This document shows positions 10,700 through 14,070 of a stretch of DNA of 14,070 nucleotides, one piece after another (position 1 is the first letter of the stretch; the number at the start of each line of letters is the position of its first letter). Origin of the DNA: Octopus sinensis (lineage: Eukaryota). The stretch is from contig NW_021825869.1 of the NCBI RefSeq assembly GCF_006345805.1, positions 1 to 14,070 of the forward strand. Reading direction: 5' to 3'. The notes under the pieces were generated by a model. The model worked only from the letters and a program-made list of their open reading frames with translations. It had not been told where the DNA came from and made no database searches. Position numbers and translations under genes: made by a program.

Positions 10700-10930
10700 T
10701 TTTATTCTGTTACTTGTTTCAGTCATTTGATTGTGGCCATGCTGGAGGATTACCTAAAAAGATTTTTTTTTTAGTTGAAGAAATTGACCCCAGGACTTAT
10801 TCTTTATAAGCCTAGTACTTACTCTATCAGTCTCTTTTGTTGAACTGCCTAGTTACAAGAATGTAAACACACCAGCTTTAGTTGTCAAGCAATGGCAGCA
10901 GGATAAACAGAAACACTAAGACATACACAC
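10700..10930 (-). mobile_element. SINE family A, 3' half only, followed by (AAT)n
   Basis: TTACTTGTTTCAGTCATTTGATTGTGGCCATGCTGGAG...GACCCCAGGACTTATTCTT...GTTGTCAAGCAATG. More diverged than the other copies. Confidence 0.8.
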
Positions 10931-10938
10931 ATAAGCGG

Positions 10939-10987
<49 letters not shown>

Positions 10988-11079
10988 GCCAAAACAAAGT
11001 TCTGTATCAGTGTCACACATTGATTCCTTCTCACACTATTCAAAGACACTTCTACTATTCCTCATCCTGGGGTGATAGT

Positions 11080-11325
11080 AATAGTATGAGCTGTAGTTGT
11101 GATAGAGGTGGAAGTGACAGTGATGATGACGGTGGTGGTGGTGGTAGTGGTGGTAGCTGAGGTGGTCAGGGATGATATTGATATTAAGGCGATGTGAAAG
11201 ACAGTAGTGATGGTGGTGGAGGGAGGTGGTGAAGTCAAAGGTATTGATGGTGGTGGCATCAGAAGTTTGAATGGTGTGTGTGTAGGGCAGTTGTGGTGGC
11301 GATGGTGGTGGTACTGGTGATGGTT
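11080..11325. repeat. (GGT/GAT/AGT)n degenerate trinucleotide tract
   Basis: Directly visible. Confidence 0.85.
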
Positions 11326-11624
11326 GAAAACCATCAACAGAAATAGAGAGAGAGAGAGGGGTTAGACAGAAAAAAAATTGTACTGACCCCCAAATGGGAA
11401 GACAAAAATGTCTGTCAAGCAGTTTTGCAACAAGTTCCAAGTCAACAAATTATATCATTGTTCTGATGAAAATTGTTCATTGTTTGAAAAATATCAGTCA
11501 AGTTTAATAAAATTTAATAAGTACTCAAGGCATGAAGTACCAAGGCCCAACGAAGAGCCCTCTACAGGAGCTATCTTAAAAGCAGTCTGATACAGCAACT
11601 TTTAAGCTAGTATGTGTATATGTG

Positions 11625-11660
<36 letters not shown>

Positions 11661-11866
11661 AAATAATATGTTACAATTACTCAATAGTCAAGATAAAACT
11701 CTGAGTTTCAGATGCCGAAGTGGAAATCCACAACACCATCTCTTCGGTTATCTGGCCATCTGAAAAACGCTATGAAAAAATACCGTTATTATTTTGTAGA
11801 TAAATTTCCTCTATTTACATAATATTAAGGTCTCTTTCTTTCTTTTGTTATTTTACCGTTTTTTTA

Positions 11867-11870
<4 letters not shown>
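11661..11870 (-). mobile_element. About 210-bp element between two (TA)n arrays, possibly a Penelope-like pseudo-LTR or retrozyme remnant
   Basis: Sharp boundaries against (TA)n on both sides and an internal hammerhead-like fold. The family assignment is inferred from the known link between minimal type I hammerheads and Penelope-like elements. Confidence 0.45.
11691..11753 (-). ncRNA. Type I minimal hammerhead ribozyme-like motif (variant, possibly inactive)
   Basis: AGATAA-CCGAAGA-GATG[22 nt]CATC-T-GAAA-CTC-A-GAG-TT-TTATCT. Stem I is 6/6 bp, stem II 4/4 bp plus an inner GTGG/CCAC hairpin, and stem III is palindromic. Deviations: U4 is C, an extra U precedes G12, and the triplet is GUU. Confidence 0.6.
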
Positions 11871-11908
<38 letters not shown>

Positions 11909-11917
<9 letters not shown>

Positions 11918-12020
11918 TTTATGTGCCCTTTTCAAGCCAATCCAGGCTCATAGCCTGGTTTCTGTGGCGTATGTGTTCTCCCCAGCTGGACAGGAATCCA
12001 GTCCATCGCAGCATTACTCA
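11909..12020 (-). mobile_element. 3' fragment of a V-domain-like SINE with poly(A) tail
   Basis: Minus strand GAGTAATGCTGCGATGGACTGGATTCCTGTCCAGCTGGGG resembles the V-SINE motif TGCGATGGACTGGCG.CC.GTCCAG. It ends in A12. Confidence 0.55.
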
Positions 12021-12099
12021 AGAAACAGGAAGAGAGAGTGAGAGAAAGTTGGGGAAAATTAGAATATATAGTACAATACAAGAGAAAAACCATAAGGAG

Positions 12100-12340
12100 T
12101 GTATAAAGTCACAGATGACAGAGAAATAGTTTGATGAAATTTTACTTAACACTAAGAAAATTCTAATTCCACAAGTTGTTTTGTAACTTAAAAACATGTA
12201 AATAATTTATTGTTAAATATAATAATATAAATTATTTACATGTTTATAAGTTACGAAACAACTCGTCATGAAATTAGAATTTTCTTACTGTTAAATAAAA
12301 TTTCATCAAACTATTTCGCTGTCATTTGTGCCTTTATATA
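12100..12340. mobile_element. Foldback (palindromic) MITE
   Basis: Arms of about 108 bp pair 12100 with 12340 and 12124 with 12316 (AAATAGTTTGATGAAATTTTA / TAAAATTTCATCAAACTATTT). One 3-nt indel and an AT-rich spacer of about 20 nt. Confidence 0.88.
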
Positions 12341-12344
12341 TATA

Positions 12345-12738
12345 CTAGCAGTATCGCCTGGCGTTGCTCGGGTTGTAAGGGAAATAACTATATAAGCATT
12401 TTTAGAGAGTTATAGCCAAAAAATAGCAAAAAAATGCATTAAAAATTGAAAAAAAATTAAGGTAAATTTTTTTTTAAATCGTTGACACATCGTAGATATT
12501 TTTAGAGAGTTACTTCCCTTATATAAAAGCGAAAAAAATGCATTAAAATGGAAAAATATGATGGTAAATTTTTTTTAAATCGTAGACTCATCGTAGACGC
12601 GCGCTAATACCCAGAAGGGCTCGATATGAATCACGACTATAAGATACCCGCTTTTGGTTAAACTGCACCGCAAAATGTGGAGTAGTTACGAATCTAAATC
12701 GAAGGGGACAGACACACAACTTCACTCTTATATAAAGA
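12345..12738 (-). mobile_element. Complete non-autonomous Helitron
   Basis: Minus strand A|TCTTTATATAAG...CCCGAGCAACGCCAGG-CGATACTG-CTAG|T: 5' TC, 3' CTAG, subterminal GC-rich hairpin, insertion between A and T with no duplication. Internal tandem duplication of about 100 bp (about 12397-12598). Confidence 0.85.
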
Positions 12739-12739
12739 T

Positions 12740-13063
12740 GCTTTTTTTTTTCAGTCATAGAGTTAGATTTATGAAGGTCTTCAGTAGAAAATCCTTCGAA
12801 TTCTGACTCGCTGCTTGATATAATGAAATTCGTATCCATTTTTTGTCAGAATTACAAATTTTGAAAACACAATAGGAACAAATTCAGAAAAAAATCTCCC
12901 ATAATTCACGGAATTAAAATTACACTTCGATTTTTGTACAAAACTGTATTTGAAGTGTTTACGAAGTATAATACGTGTTTTCACGAATGTACTAAAGAGA
13001 TTTACTCTGATATTCTCATTTAAATATGAATAGGTAAATTCGGGCGGTTTGGTAACGAAAGGG
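12740..13063 (-). mobile_element. Left end of a piggyBac-like element with the start of a putative transposase ORF
   Basis: CCCTTTCGTTACCAA at 13063 is identical over 15 nt to the MITE terminus at 4247. About 225 bp downstream, ATG 12839 gives MDTNFIISSSESEFEGFSTEDL, an acidic Ser-rich N-terminus, cut off at the Helitron. The flank is TAAA rather than TTAA. Confidence 0.6.
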
Positions 13064-13067
13064 TTTA

Positions 13068-13516
13068 TATAAGTGTCATCTGTTTATACATAAACACTGT
13101 TTCATACTTTCAGTTTAGTCTTCCTCAAATCACTCTGTCGCTAATTTACTCTCTTCCAAGAACATTTTCACTCACTCTTATCTGTTAGCTTCCCATACAT
13201 TTTACTCATGTATCTATCAGCGTGATAGACAGAAACAAATATTACATCTAGTTTCACTTTATTCGTTGCACACTGTGGTGTGCGTTTGCGTGTGCTGTAA
13301 ACCAGACTAAGAAAAGCATTTGACATACACACCAGAATGTGAGTTTTCTGTAAATTTTGCTTAATTGGAGTTTAAATTTTAAAAACTGGACCTGGCATGA
13401 CCCAATGCATTCTACTCTTAAAAATGCTAGGTAATTGTAATTGAAGAAATCCTATATTGTAGATTTCTATAACTTACAAAGGGAGGCAGATAAAATTTGC
13501 CTTTTATAATAAGAGA
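13068..13516 (-). mobile_element. Probable 5' portion of a second non-autonomous Helitron family
   Basis: Minus strand A|TCTCTTATTATAAAAGGC at the edge of a (TA)n array resembles Helitron 5' termini, including that at 12738. No CTAG or hairpin 3' end is seen before the piggyBac end. Confidence 0.45.
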
Positions 13517-13590
13517 TATATATATATACATACATATATATATATATATATATAATATATATATATATATATTAATATATATATGTATAT
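13517..13590. repeat. (TA)n microsatellite
   Basis: Directly visible, about 30 bp from the donor site of the dynein exon. Confidence 0.95.
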
Positions 13591-13621
13591 CTTAAAAATG
13601 ATTTTCATATGAACTGCTTAC

Positions 13622-13894
13622 TTTCCGGATATCAATATCATCCAAGTGGTTCTGTATGAACTGGATGCTGGCATTGTAATCCGAAGTGTTGAACTCATAA
13701 GGAATATTCCAACCAAGTGGTCCAAATTTCCGACGTTCCTGGACAATGCTATGTAGAAAAGCTATAACGAAAATCAAAGGCTTCCACTGTGGTAGGTTGG
13801 TAACATCAAGAAAATCCTGTGAAAGGGCTGTATATGATCGTTTAAGACCTGATTTGATCCCTTGGGGTGGTTCATTTGTGAATTTTAAGGATAT
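13622..13894 (-). CDS. DNAH5: Axonemal dynein heavy chain (outer-arm gamma type, DNAH5/DNAH8-like), internal exon in the AAA6 region
   Basis: 273 nt, phase 0/0. Translates [91 protein letters not shown]. Preceded by a polypyrimidine tract and TTTCAG, followed by GTAAG. The motifs KFTNEPPQG and [18 protein letters not shown] are characteristic of DNAH5/DNAH8; I cannot separate the two paralogues here. Confidence 0.95.
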
Positions 13895-14070
13895 CTGAAA
13901 ATAAAATTAAAATGTGAAAAAAAAAAAAAAGATTTCATTTTTTGAGACATGTCAATTTTAATAAAGGTGTGTTATAATTTTTGGTTTTTCCATTTAGTTT
14001 GCAAGATTCCCAATGGGAAAACATACTGAAACAGAGTTTATTGTACCTAGGAAGGGTCATTACAATAAAT

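Noticed and set aside
14040-14070. Possible donor site (AG|GTAC) of the preceding dynein exon
   Set aside because: The required phase-0 frame ends in TAG and does not encode the expected ...LLQ.

Overview
AT-rich eukaryotic genomic DNA. The repeat families resemble those I recognise from octopus (cephalopod) genomes, which is an inference and not a database result. The only host coding sequence is two consecutive minus-strand exons (13894-13622, 10616-10354) of an axonemal outer-arm dynein heavy chain (DNAH5/DNAH8 type, AAA6-to-lid region). Both have clean AG/GT splice sites and matching phase. I could not find the next exon in 1-10353, so the rest appears to be intron. The introns are packed with transposon relics: tRNA-derived SINEs of three families, two RTE-like 3' tails, two different REL-endonuclease LINE remnants, a decayed DD41D-like Tc1/mariner transposase, a Helitron Rep fragment, non-autonomous Helitrons, piggyBac- and pogo-like MITEs, a 240-bp foldback element and long microsatellites. 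Most ORFs in the track are low-complexity artefacts. The most notable unexplained signal is a minimal type I hammerhead ribozyme fold (11753-11691) in sense orientation within the dynein intron. It has three deviations from consensus and may be inactive. I see no support for a new protein-coding system.
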